From Leucoraja ocellata (lineage: Eukaryota): DNA of 64,000 nt. Location of the stretch: assembly GCA_036785375.1 (NCBI GenBank), contig JAWMAR010000203.1, forward strand, positions 3,968,001-4,032,000. The letters are read 5' to 3'. Every line of letters starts with the position of its first letter. Positions within the stretch are counted from its first letter, which is position 1. The notes below the pieces were generated by a model, which worked only from the letters and a program-made list of their open reading frames with translations, did not search any database and was not told the DNA's origin. This document shows positions 11,498-24,605 of the stretch, piece by piece. A program made the translations under genes and the position numbers.

Positions 11498-13171
11498 CAG
11501 GTGCACAACCTTTTATCCGACAGCCTTGGGACCAGACACTTTTCGTAATTTGGAATTTGTCGGTCTTTGGAATGGAAATTTTTTAGCGTAGATTTTAATG
11601 GCTGGCTCGGTGGTAGAGTGCTCGGCTCATATCCGCAAGGTCGCGAGTTTGCGCCTTGATCCCGGCAGTTCCTCGGTCGCGAGTTTGAGTCTTCAATGTA
11701 GTTTTTTCTTGCAGAATAAATGTCTGTATGAAATGCAGTGTGTTGAATGAATTCCTGAATTTGTAAATGTGACCGCAGCATTGAATCACCTCCCGCACTC
11801 ATGTCACCCTAGCGGGGCTACATGCCCTAAGGCGGCCTAAGGCGACATTTTCACACTCTTATATCCGTGTGCAGCAGAGGCGCCAAACGTGAGCTTTGGT
11901 GTGCAGACGACATCCTGGAAAAAATGTCTGGTTTCTTCCAGGTAGGCGATATACCCTCCCGCGCAATATACCCTCCACTTCTCTTTTATGAAGGTGATTT
12001 AGTTCCCCTTTCTTCCAGGACCGACCCGAGGTTCTGCTGTCACCTCTGCGGGCCACCCTCGGTGAACGCTCACCCAACTTTGTCTTGGGATTCCTACTCT
12101 CCCGTGCAATGTACCCTCACCTCTTTTATGAATGGGGATTTAGTTCCCCTTTCGTCGAGGACCGACCGGAGGTTCCGCTGTCACCTCTGCGGGCCGCCCT
12201 CGGTGAACGTCCTGTCTCCCTGTCCCTGGGATAGCAGGGGGCGATCAAACAGCACAATACCCCCCTCCCCCCCACCCCCAACTCCAGAGGAATCCGCTCC
12301 CCGATGGGCCGCTACGGCGACGTGGCAGTTCGCCCACAGCCCGAACTGCGCCACCCCAAGAACAAGACGCACCTTGCGCACCAGCAAGAGCTCCCCTCTG
12401 GAGTTGGAGCGGGGCTGGGCTGGAGTTGCTGATCTGGGATCTCCGTGCTTGCAGTGGGCCTGGGGGTCGGTGTCCCGATGAGGGGGCACAGCTCGGGCTG
12501 TGGGCGAACTGCCACTTGTCGCCGTAGCGGCCCATCGGGGAGCGGCTCCTGGTGGTCCCGATGTCTCCCGCTAGTTTGCAGTTTTCTTCTGGAGTTGGAA
12601 CGGGGCTGGACTGCTGCTGGCTGTGGGTCTCTGGGATCTCCGTGCTTGCAGTGGGCCTGGGGGTCGGTGTCCCGCTGGTCCTGACGTCTCCGGTGACTGG
12701 CACTAGCTCCGACGTGAAGACAGTACAAAGCCCCCGCGCCGGTGCAATGGGCGGGGAGCTGGAGAGGGGAGGGAAGGGGGTCACACACATGGCCGGGAAG
12801 CAGAGGGGTGTAGGTGGGGTGAAACTGAAGGGAGCGACAATCTGCTGCTCCCTGCCCGCTGTTAAAAAGTTCCCACGCAAGACTCACGATACACTGTGTA
12901 TCGTGAGTCTACCGTGGGAACTTTGTAACTCAGCGGGCAGACAGCAGCATATTGTCAATTATTAACCCTCACCGCAATATACCCTCACCTTCTCTTTTAT
13001 GAATGGGGATTTAGTTCCCCTTTCTTCGAGGACCGACCGGAGGTTCCGCTGTCACCTCTGTGGGCCGCCCTCCGTGAACGTTTTCAAGGACCTTTTTTCC
13101 AAGGACTGAAAAAATGTCGCTATTCGGAGGTTTTCGTTATTTGGATCTTCGGATAAAAGGTTGTGCACCTG
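11498..13171. mobile_element. Non-autonomous Tc1/mariner-superfamily (pogo/Tigger-like) element
   Basis: Perfect 23-bp TIRs CAGGTGCACAACCTTTTATCCGA with a TA duplication on both sides; no transposase ORF. Confidence 0.9.
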
Positions 13172-15159
13172 TACTGCAATTTGCAAAAAAACATTAAATG
13201 CTGATGCTAATGATTAATATACGTTTCAAAAGTCCATTATTTCGCTGAGATAAACTTATTCAAAGGCCTCACTTCAAACAATATTCAAGAACCTCCAACT
13301 CATCTCCCTTTCTAGTTTGATTTATGACATTGTGTGAATTCTAAATCCTTTAATCCCAAGCATTGACCTTGATTGCATATGGTTATGGATCGATTTACCT
13401 GTATTAAACGAGTTAGTACTTTGCCCAATCTGTTGAATTGTGCAGCATCATATATCACTCATTCGTGGATCTAATGTACAACCAACGTTCTGTTATGTAC
13501 GTCAGAATCCTTGGAATCAGGCCATTCAGCCCAACTTGCCGATGCCAACCAAGCATGCCCCAATTTACTGCCTGTGTTTAGCCCAAATCCCTCCAAAATT
13601 TTCCTATCATAAGATCATGCTGTCGGAGCAGAATTAGGCCATTTGGTCCATTGAGTCTACTCTGCCATTCAACGTGGCTGATCTATCGTTCCCTCTCAAC
13701 CCCATTTTCCTGCCTTCTCCTCATAACATAGAAACATAGAAAATAGGTGCAGGAGTAGGCCATAAGAATGGTGTAAGTTTCTATAACCTTACTAATTGAG
13801 AACCTGTCAGAAATATCTAAAGACTTGGCCTCTACTTGGGCTGTGAAATGAATCCCAGATTCATCACCCTCTGAATGTACATAGTTTTATATCCTCATCT
13901 CCTCTCTGAAGGTAGTACTTTTATTTTATCCATGTATTTGTCCAGATGTATTTTAAATGTTGTTATTGAAGCTGCCTTAAAGACCTCTACTGGCAGCTCG
14001 TTCCATAGACCTACCTCCATCTGTGTGAAAAAGTTGCCCCTCAGGCAACCATTAAATCTTTCCCCTCTCGCCTTAAACATAGGCTCTCTGATTAACCCTG
14101 GGAAAGACTGTGCATTAATATTATATACGATTAAACATTTCAATTAGCACAATTAATATACTGCAATGAACACTGCAGATACTGGAAATCCAAAACAAAG
14201 CAGAAAATATTATTATTGGGAAGAGAAACAGAGTGGACACCTGTCAAGGTTTCAGAACAAGAAAAATATGAAAATAAACATTTTTTTAAATAGTTGGCTT
14301 CGATCCTGACCTCTGGTGTTGTCTGTGTGTGGAGTTTGCAATTGCGTTTGCTCCGGTTTCCTACCACATTCCAAAGATGTGTGGGTTTGTAGGTTAATTG
14401 GGTGTAAAGATGCTCCAAGTGTGCAGGGAGTGGATAAGAAAGTGAACTAGTGTGAACGGGTGATCGATGATCGGCATCGAGAGAATGTCCGTGATAGATT
14501 GGAGACCAAACTTGCCTACATAAAAACCTATATTTTTAAGTTTAAAAGAGACAGCATAAAACTGGGCCACCGAGTCCATGACGACCATTGATCACCTGTA
14601 CATTAGTTCAACATTATCTCATTTTTGCATCCTATATGGCCCGATTAACCTACAAACCTGCATGTCTTTGGGATGCGGGGGGATTTGGATAACAAAGGAA
14701 TAACACATGGTCACAGGGAGAATGTGCAAACTCCACACAGTCAGGATAAAACTCGGGTCTCTTGCACTGTAAGCAGCCGCCCTGCCACTGCATCACTGTG
14801 AGGAGGAGGTTCAGGTAGAGGATGACGTGGATCTTATTTAAGGTCCATGTCTGAGTGAGGCACGGAGCTGCAGGCGAGGGCAAGTGAGAGACGACTGGTG
14901 CCAGCACATGGCATAGAGTGTAGAACTCGGAGCATGGATGGGGTGTGTAGCAAGTAGTGGTGAGTAGGGTCCAGGTACTTTGGACCCAGGATGGCCCAGA
15001 AACCTAGAGGCCTCGAATTGGAACTGGAAGCCATGTGGAACAACTGAGCAGTGAAGGCAGGTGCTGAGGAAACACACGTGGCTATGTTATCGATGGCAGG
15101 AGGAACTCACTGAGGGAGAGCAGTGAGAGAGTGTGGCTGAACTTTAAACAATAACATTT

Positions 15160-15465
15160 AGTTGAGTTTAGAGATACAGCACGGAAACACGCCCTTCAAC
15201 CCACCAATTCGGTGCTGACTAGTGATCCCCGTACACTAACACTATCCTATACACGAGGGACAATTTACAATTCTACCAAAGCCAATTAGTCTACAAACCC
15301 GTACGTCTTTGGAGTGTGGGAGGAAATTGGAGCTTCCAGAGAAAACCCACACAGGGCACGGGGAGAACGAATAAACTCCATATAGCCAGCACCTATAATC
15401 AGGATCGGGCCTGGGTCTCTGGCATTGTAAGGCAGCAACACTACCGCTGTGCCACCGTGCCACCC
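15160..15465 (-). mobile_element. Full-length V-SINE (HE1-like)
   Basis: tRNA-like head, V-domain and a CR1-like tail gctgtatctctaaact on the minus strand. Confidence 0.8.
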
Positions 15466-16191
15466 ATTTCTTTATAAAAATTTGGCAGTCAGGCCCTTTA
15501 ACATCTTACAGGACGATGATCCACTATAGACACCAACAGCAGGAACCACATCTTACAAAGCATCTTTTGGATTACAAATAATCACTGTACCTGTATTTTC
15601 CTGTACCTCCCACCACGACTAATGTCTGTGGAATGTGCTAAGGGGACAAAAAAACCCTATTTAATGCAATGTAATTCTGTTGTTCAGAGAAGTGGACTGA
15701 GGATGGTCAAGTGTCTACATTGGTCACTTGACTGGAGTTCTCCCTGTCAAGCATCGGCCGATAATAAGTAAAGTTTTGAACTGGTCTACCAAACAGTTTG
15801 TGTGGTGTCTGTTTATTAAGAAGCGAACCTGTTTAGTTGTTAAGAAAAGTAGCTTTTTCACGTTCCTTAATATTGGTGTCTAGAAGCTGACACCGATTCA
15901 GAGTCAGTGAGTCGGTGTCATAAGCTGTTTAAGGACCTGATCCTAAAAGCTGTTTCTCAGCACACATGGTCAACCAATCAAGATCTTCACATTGATTGTG
16001 GTGGGGGAGGAGGGAAGAGAAAGCTGGAAGAGAGTAGAGGGCAAGATAAAGCCTGGCAAGTGATAGGTGGATACAGGGAAGAGGTGGGGCGGAGATATGG
16101 GTTTGATTGGCAGACAGGTGAGCAAAAGCCGGAGATGAAAATACAAAATATCACGGGTTTCCTTGTTGTTTGGAGCAATGCATCTTTTGAA

Positions 16192-16244
16192 TTATAAATC
16201 TGAAGATTTTTTTCCATCATCCACATGGATAAAGCCATTTCCTT
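16192..16244 (-). CDS. B7/butyrophilin-like gene, putative terminal coding exon (EGNGFIHVDDGKKSSDL*)
   Basis: Acceptor ttttttttgtccaatttctttattttcag; phase 1 matches the IgC donor; TAA at 16194-16192. Downstream AATAAA (15817-15812) and ATTAAA (15665-15660). Confidence 0.6.
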
Positions 16245-17231
16245 CTGAAAATAAAGAAATTGGACAAAAAAAAAAATCAAAATTTTCCCTGCAAATGCTG
16301 TTCAGACACAGGTTAGCACAGTAAACAATAATAATAACATTACAGTAAACCCTCTTTATAAAGGACCATGGGGAGGGGGAGGGAGAATGGTCTCTGTTAT
16401 TACCAATTGTTCACTATAACTCAGTAAGGGATTATCATTGTATAAGTGCTGGAGTAACTCAGCGGGTCAGGCAGCATCTCTGGAGAACATGGACAGGTGA
16501 TGTTTTGGGTCGTGACCCTTCCTCAGTCTCTCGGTTGGGAACTGGGCCTGGAATCCAGGTGGGTGCTGGCAGCCGCTGGAGAGGCGATGATTGGCAAAGT
16601 AAATGGTCACGGCCGGCGGGCAGGCAGAGTGCAGGTAAAGGCCGTCGGTGGCGAGGCTTTTTACTGTACACATGATAATAATAAACCTAAGCACTGAATT
16701 TTGAACTGTGCACCTCCTCGATTATTTGTGATCCAACCAACTACATAATCGGGTGATTCTTCAGTAAGATTTAAGTTTCTGGAAGATGCAACGGCTTTGT
16801 CTCCGGCTGGGGCTGGGGCTGGATGGAGATCGGGGTTAAGTTGCAGATGAGGCTGTTCGGGAATGGTGGCCCAAGCCTTTAGCACAGGATGGCCTCGCTG
16901 GAAGGCCATGCCTGGCCATATCGTTTCCAGAATGGCACATGGTACGATTTGTTCTCCAGAACAAATCAAAAAAGAAAGATTTTTTTTTGGCTCTAAGACT
17001 TCAGCAGCGTTCGGGAATGGCGCTGAATAAAGGTACGTACCCGCTATGCAGCAAGAAACTGAGTTTTCACCCACTTCTCGTCACGCGAATCAGGAGAAAT
17101 TCACACGGTAGGGGACTTTTGAATTCTGCGGTCTTGAGGTCGGACGTTCGTGTCTATTCTATTTATAGCCGTGTGGGACGGCTCAACGAAGGTGCGTGAC
17201 CTTTGCTTAATAATCTCAGAGATAAACTTAC

Positions 17232-17495
17232 CCGAGAAAATCACTCGAGTCTGTTTTTTCATCCACTTATGCCACATTGAGCAGATGTACTGATTCTGTT
17301 CGTCAAATACTTTCAGATCGTGGATCACGTTGAAATGGCCATTGGGTTCTTTCATGATTATTTCACTGTGTTTGTTTAAATCGTTCCCCGATTTGTCCTT
17401 CCACTCCACCGTTGGGGCAGGATACCACCCTGACGACTGGCAAGAGAGCATGCCCATTTCGTAATTCGCGATAATTTTGATAGGATCAGCAGCAG
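17232..17495 (-). CDS. B7/butyrophilin-like gene, IgC (CD80-like C2-set) exon
   Basis: LSCQSSGWYPAPTVEW...GHFNVIHDL...YICSMWH; acceptor ttcttttcttggcag, donor G|GTAAGT; 264 bp, phase 1-1. Confidence 0.9.
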
Positions 17496-18560
17496 CTGCC
17501 AAGAAAAGAAATATAAATAGCAACCATTAATGGCGACATGGTGACGTAACGGTAGAGTTGCTGCCTTACAGCGCCACAGACCTGGCTTCCATCCTGACTA
17601 TGGGTGCTGTCTGTACGGAGTTTCCCCATTTTCCCCGTGACAGAGTGGGTTTTCTCCAGGTGCCCCCTTGTCCTCCCGTGCCGCACACTTGAGATTTTTT
17701 ACCGATACCAATTAACCTACCGACTTAGGATAGACATAAAATGCTGGAGTAACTCAGGCAGCATCTCTGTAGAAGGAATGGATGATGTTTCAGGTCAAGA
17801 CCTTTCTTCAGACCTGTATGTCTTTTGTGTGGGAGGAAGCCGGTGTCCCCGGAGAATACCCACGTGGTCACGGGGAGAACGTACATACTCCATACAGACT
17901 GTACCCATAGTAAGGATCGAACTCTGGTCTCTGGTGCAGTAAGACAGCAACTCTACCGCTGTGCCACCATGCCGCCATTAATAGTTGTATAATTAGACAC
18001 CCCAAAGACACCCCTGTTCTTTGTAACTTTGATGCCATGGACATTCTCAGCTACATTTCCTCCTGACAGAGGCATGAAGTTTTTTTGAACTGGTGGAACT
18101 TCACAAGAGAATTTTGATGAAGGGAGATGACACCAGAATTTCCGGCATCTGGCTTCCTGTAAAAAAAGCTGTGTTAAGAATTAAAAAGAATCCCAAATAC
18201 TGAACAATGAAATAAATAAACCCAGGTACATTTGACCCTCACTGTAAACAGAATAAGAGAGAAGACAAGGAGGTTTCCAGTAGTGGGTGAGTCTAGAACC
18301 CAAGGGCACAACATCAGAATAAAACAGTTCCTTTAGAAAGGAGAAGAGGAAGAATTTCTACAGCCCGAGGGTGGTGAATCTGTGGAATTCATTGACACTG
18401 ACAGCTGTGGAGTGCAAGTAATTGGGTATTTTTAAAATGGAGATTGACAGGTTCTAGATTAGTATGGGAGTCAGGGGGTATGGGGGAGAAGGCAGGAGAT
18501 GGCTGAATGACCGATGGGCCGAATGGCCTAATTCTGCTCCTATCAAATATGAAGACATAC

Positions 18561-18899
18561 CCCAAACAGATAGCCGGACAAGGTCAGCTCCATATCCATC
18601 GTCAGTGCTAATACTGACAATGTACTTTCCCTCATCCCAGATTTCGACATTCTTCAATGTAAGGAATGCTTTTCCTTCTTTAAATGAGGATGTGTCGACT
18701 TCAATTCTTCCCGAGTAGTTGGCATGTTGTTTGCTGACATCGCTTTTATCTTCCTTGTACTCGTACAAGATTCCAGCATCTTGATCCTTCTCCCACATCA
18801 CCCACGGTACACATGGATTGTCGCACTCAAACGTACACTTGAAGGTGACATCCTTGCCGATCTCTACATCTGTGGCTGGTTCACAAGTGATGAATGCAT
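18561..18899 (-). CDS. B7/butyrophilin-like gene, IgV exon
   Basis: AFITCEPATDVEIGKDVTFKCTF...WVMWEK...QHANYSGRIEV...GKAFLTLKNVEIWDEGKYIV; acceptor ttctgccttttgttcag, donor G|GTATGT; 339 bp, phase 1-1. Confidence 0.9.
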
Positions 18900-19959
18900 C
18901 TGAACAAAAGGCAGAAAAGGGTTTATTATTGTCACCTTCACTTGAGTTGAGTTTAGTTTATTGTCACGTGTACCGAGGTAGTGAACAGCTTTTTGCTGGG
19001 TGCTAACCAGTCAGCAGAAAGCAACAATCGAGCTGTCCAAAGTGTACAGATACACGATAAAGGCAACAATGTGCACAAGATAAAGTCCAATCAAAGATAA
19101 TCTGATGGTCTCTAATGAGGTAGATAGTAGTTCAGGAATGCTCTCTAGTTATTGGTGGGATGGGTCAGTTGTCTAATAACAGCTGGGAAGAAACTGTCCC
19201 TGAATCTGGTGGTGGGCGTTTTCACACTTCTGTACCTCTTGCCTGATGGGAGAGGGGAGAGGGAAGAGGAAGTGGCCAGGGTGCAACTTGTCCTTAATTT
19301 GTACGCAAAATTTTACCGAAGCGAGTCAAAGGAATGGAGATCCCGACCCATCCAGAGATGCTGCCAGTTCCGCTGCGTTACTCCAGCATTTTGTGTCTAT
19401 CAAAGGAATGAAGGTTGGTTTGCGTGATGGTCTGGGCTGTGTGTCCACAACTCCCTGCAACTTATTGCTGTCTTGAGCTGATCCCAAACCAGGCTGTGAT
19501 GCATCCTGATACAATGCTTTCTATGGTGTATATGTAGAAGTTGCTGAGAGTTGTTGGGGACATGCACACAGATACAGTGAAAAGCTTGGTTTAGCATGCA
19601 GTCCAATCAAATCAGATACTATACATAAATACAATCAAGCCAAACTCAAACAGAGTGCAGAATATAGTTCTCAGCATTGTAGCGCAATTGTTCCATAGAC
19701 AAAGGAGTCTGAGGGTGGTGAATCTGTGGAATTTATTACCACAAAAGCAGAGATTGCTAGATTATTGACCATTAAGGGTGTCAGATATGCCATTTCTTGT
19801 AGCCTTGGTAGGTAATTATATGTTATTGTCGTTGGTTTACTATTGTCATGTGTACTGAGATAGTAAAAATATCATTTTATGTGCTATCCTGACAGATCAT
19901 ATCATACACAAGTACAACAGGTTGTGCTAAAGACAAATGAAAATTAGTCTGTAGGAAGG

Positions 19960-21100
19960 AAACTGCAGATGCTGGTTTACACCGAAGGTAGACACAAAAT
20001 GCTGGAGTAACTCAGTGGGACAGGCAGCATCTCTGGAGAGAAGAATTGGGTGAGGTTTCAGGTCGGGACCCTTCTTCAGACTTAAGTGTCAGGAGAGAGG
20101 GAAACAGAATTGTGGAAGGGTAAGGTGTGAAAACAAGAAATCAAAAGGGGAGTTGTCAAATACAATATAGAAATAATCATTGTTAGCTGCGGGGCCATGA
20201 CATAATGCCTCCAACCAGTAAAATGTAATCAGGAGGAAACTAATCAAACTAGCATGAGGGAGAGATGGAGAGAGAGGAAAAAAGCAAGGATTACTTGAAG
20301 TTACAGAAGTCAATATAAATACATCTAGGTTATAAACTGCCCAAGCAACATGTGAGGTGCTGGGCCTCACACTGACAGCGGAGGAGGCCCAGGACAGAAA
20401 GGTCAGTGTGGGAATGGGAGGTGGAGTTAAAGTATTTAGCAACTGAGAGGTCATGTTGGCCAAGGCAGACTGAGTGGAGGTGTTGAACGAAATAATCGGC
20501 GAGTGTGCGCTTAGTCTCGCCGATATACAGGAGTCCATACCTGGAACAGCGGATACAGTAGATGAGGTTGGAGGAGGTACAAGTGAACCTCTGCCTGAAC
20601 TGAAAGGACTGTCAGGGACCTTGGACAGAGTCGAGGGAGGAGGTATAGGGACAGGTGTTGCATCTCCATTTGTTGCAGGGGCAAGTACCTGGGGAGGGGG
20701 TGGTTTGGGTGGGAAAGGACGAGTTCACCAGGGAGTTGTGGAGAGAATGGTCTCCATGGAAAGGGGAGGAGATGGGAAGATGTGGATCGTGGTGGAATCC
20801 TGTTCGAGGGGGCGAAAATGTCAGAGGATTATGTGCTGTATGCGATAGTCCTTTCAGGTGAGGCAGAGGTTCACTTTATAGTATACCTTCCCCTCAGTAA
20901 CAATGTTCCATTCTACATTTTCCTTGACATTCGTCCGATCCCTTGATCTATCGTTTTTACACCTAACCCTCCCATATCTCTATGTCTCCCTCTCCCCTGA
21001 CTCAGTCTGAAGAAGCATCTCAACCCAAAATATCACCCATTCTTTCCATCCAGAGATGCTGCCTGTCCCGTTGAGTTACTCCAGCATTGTGTCTATCGTC
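19960..21100 (-). mobile_element. Penelope-like element remnant (GIY-YIG region) between inverted terminal repeats
   Basis: Degenerate minus-strand GIY-YIG-like coding, homologous to 34325-34760. pLTR copies at ~19960-20080 and ~20900-21100 are in opposite orientation. Confidence 0.75.
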
Positions 21101-23339
21101 AAAGATTATAGTGTGATAGAGCAAGTGTAGATTCATATTTACGGGCCTGTTAGACTGCAGCAAATATGTCTTTCATTGTTCTGTTGTCAGTACATTTGAG
21201 AAATAACACTCTTGACTAGTCTCCTTAGATGGTGTATGTCAATAAGACGAGAGATCTGGTTATTATTGCTCCTTACTCTGTGCACATTATGTTTTAAATG
21301 TTGATTACTTTGCAAGTGTTGAATACAAGTGACTTGGGAAAAGATATCTTGCTTGTTGCATCCCACCATTTTATTTTGCTGTTTATTGTGATGAAGTTTA
21401 AGGTGTTAGGTTTATTATTGTCATGGCTACTGAGGTACAGTGAAAAACTTTGTATCACAACTATCCAAACAATTCAGATAATACTCTACATAAATAAATC
21501 AAGTATTCAGGTTGAGCGAAGTGGAAGATACAGAGTGCAGAATATAGTTCTCAGTCTTGTAGCGCACCAGTTCCAGAGACAAAGTCCAATGTCCACAATG
21601 GGGTAGAGATGAATCAGACAGTAACCTAGCTTATGGAAGAATGCTTTGAAAAGCCTGATAACAGAGGTGAAGAAGCTGTTCCTGAGTCTGGTGGTGCCCA
21701 CTTTCAAGCTTCTATACCTTCTGCCAGATGGGAGCAAGGAGAAGAGGAATGACAGGGTTGGGACGTCTTTGATTATATTGCTTCTTTTTTGAATGCCTGG
21801 TTTGGGCTTTTCAACACAGGCTTTGGAAAACTGTGGTCATTCTCGGTTACATTGTCTGTTTGGCAGAAATAGAAGACACATGGAACTGCAACTGCTGGAA
21901 TCTTACGTTGAACAGAAAGTATTTGAGTAACTCAGAGGGTCATGCAGCATCTCTGGAGGACATGGATGGACGATATTTCAGATCGGGACCCTTCAGAAAT
22001 AGAAGATCTTCTCCAGGGTCTTCAGTGTTATAATACTCGACAAGGTTATATTCAAGGCAGAATTGAATTAATTGTAAGATACAGCATGGAAACAGGCCCT
22101 TCAGCCCACGCCAACCATCGATCACCCGTTCACACTAGTTCTATGTTATCTCGCTTTTGTATCCACTCCCTACACACGACAGGCAATTTACAAAGTTCAA
22201 TTAACTTACAAACCCACGTCTTTGTGTGTGGAAGGAAACCGGAACACCTGGAGGAAACCCACACAGTCACAAGGGGAACATGCAAACTCCACACAGACAC
22301 CACCCGAGGTCAGGAATGAACCCGGATCTCTGGCACTGTAAGGGAGGTACCAGCTGTACCAACCAATGTGCTCAATTGATGGAGTGACGTTTGACCATAT
22401 CTGTGAATAGGCCAAGGCAGAATATCAGTGGATAATTCGAAAATATGATCATTCATTTTGCCAGTGGTCACAGTCGTGGCAAAATTCAGTCAAGTGGAGA
22501 CCAATAAAGTTGTTATGTCCCAAAGGTCCTTTTACAGACTGGTTATCCTAATCACTGTTGGGATGAATAAAACTGTTTCGAGAAACAGAACTGCAGATGT
22601 TGGTTTAAATAAAAACACAAAGTGCTGGGGTAACTCAGTGGGAAATGCATGCGGAGGAGACGTTTCCACTAGCGGGTGGGCCTCGGACCAGAGAGTACAG
22701 CCTTAGAATAAAGGGACGTATATTTAGAATAGAGATGAGGAAGAATTTCTTTAGTCAGTGTGGGGAACCTGTGGAATTCATTGTCACAGATTGTTACAGG
22801 TTCTTAATTAGTAACGGCATCAAAGGTTACGGGAAGAAGGCAGGAGAATGGGGTTTAGGCTGTAGGCCGAGCATCAAAAATGTGTCTAGAAATCAACTTT
22901 CATGACCCATGTCTCAGAACAACACGAAATCTTGCAAAGATTTAGATTAAATATAATTGAGGAGGAAGTCATAACTCGTCAGTGTCAAAATTTGCACATT
23001 AATTAATTAAACTAATTAGAAAATGAGATTGAAAATGTAAGCGCCGTCTAGTATCCAATGCCCATATTACACCTTGGGGGGGCCTATTTCTGTATTGCAG
23101 TCTCTTATATTATACCATCTATATATGACGTGAACACGACTGTAATCATATATAATTATGTATAATTATATAAAATAATATAATTAATATAATTTTTTAA
23201 ATTTTTTTTAAAAATTAGATGGCTGCAGAGGTCCTCTTGAACCAGCCTAATTAATGGGAGAGTGCAGTTCCTGTGGGTTCCCCCGTTTACTGAACCCCAC
23301 TGACAGCCAGTGTGCAAAGTGGGGGTCACGGCCATAGGG

Positions 23340-24605
23340 CAAAGTCAGCATGGATTTATGAAAGGTAAATCATGTCTGATGAATCTTCTAGAATTTTTCG
23401 AGGATGTAACTAGTACAGTGGATAAGGGAGAACCAGTGGATGTGTTATATCTGGACTTTCAGAAGACAAGGTCCCACATAAGAGATTAGTATACAAACTT
23501 AAAGCACACGGTATTGGGGGTTCAGTATTGATGTGGATAGAGAACTGGTTGGCAGATAGGAAGCAAAGAGTAGGAGTAAACGGGTCCTTTTCACAATGGC
23601 AGGCAGTGACTAGTGGGGTACCGCAAGGCTCAGTGCTGGGACCCCAGCTACTTACAATATATATTAATGATTTGGACGAGGGAATTGAATGCAACATCTC
23701 GAAGTTTACGGATGACACAAAGCTGGGGGGCAGCGTTAGCTGTGAGGAGGATGCTAGGAGGCTGCAAGGTGACTTAGATAGGCTGAGTGAGTGGGCAAAT
23801 GCATGGCAGATGCAGTATAATGTGGATAAATGTGAGGTTATCCACTTTGGTGGCAAAAACAGGAAAGCAGACTTTTATCTACATGGTGGCCGATTAGGAA
23901 AAGGGGAGATGCAACGAGACCTGGGTGTCATGGTACACCAGTCATTGAAAGTAGGTGCAGCATGCAGTGAAGAAAACGAAAGGTATGTTAGCATTCATAG
24001 CAAAAGGATTTGAATATAGGAGCAGGGAGGTTCTACTGCAGTTGTACAGGGTCTTGGTGAGACCACACCTGGAGTATTGCGTACAGTTTTGGTCTCCTAA
24101 TCTGAGAAACGACATTCTTGCCATAGAGGGAGTACAGAGATGGTTCACCAGACTGATTCCTGGAATGTCAGGACTTTCAAATGAAGAAAGACTGAATAGT
24201 ACTCGCTAGAATTTAGAAGACTGAGGGGGGATCTTATGGAAACTTACAAAATTCTTAAGGGGTTGGACAGGCTAGATGCAGGAAGATTGTTCCCGATGTT
24301 GGGGAAGTCCGGAACAAGGGATCACAGTTGAAGGATAAGGGGGAAATATTTTAGGACCGAGATGAGAAAAACATTTTTCACACAGAGTGGTCAATCTCTG
24401 GAATTCTCTGCCACAGAAGGTAGTTGACGCCAGTTCATTGGCTATATTTAAGAGGGAGTTAGATGTGGCCCTTGTGGCTAAAGGGATCAGGTGGTAATGA
24501 GAGAAGGCAGGTACAGGATACCGAGTTGGATGATCAGCCATGATCATATTGAATGGCGGTGCAGGCTCGAAGGGCCGAATGGCCTACTCCTGCACCTAAT
24601 TTCTA
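23340..24605 (+). mobile_element. CR1 LINE 3' part (RT)
   Basis: ORFs 23528-24013 and 23955-24209 with CR1 RT motifs and the conserved 3' tail. Confidence 0.92.

Noticed and set aside
11859-12965. Several 130-210 aa ORFs
   Set aside because: GC-rich repeats inside a non-autonomous element; no recognisable domain.
16192-16212. C-terminal KKSSDL as an ER-retention signal
   Set aside because: It does not fit the [KRHQSA]-[DENQ]-E-L pattern.
16992-17040. Plus-strand first exon ATGGCGCTGAATAAAG|GTACGT
   Set aside because: No downstream plus-strand exons found, and the donor is part of a palindrome.
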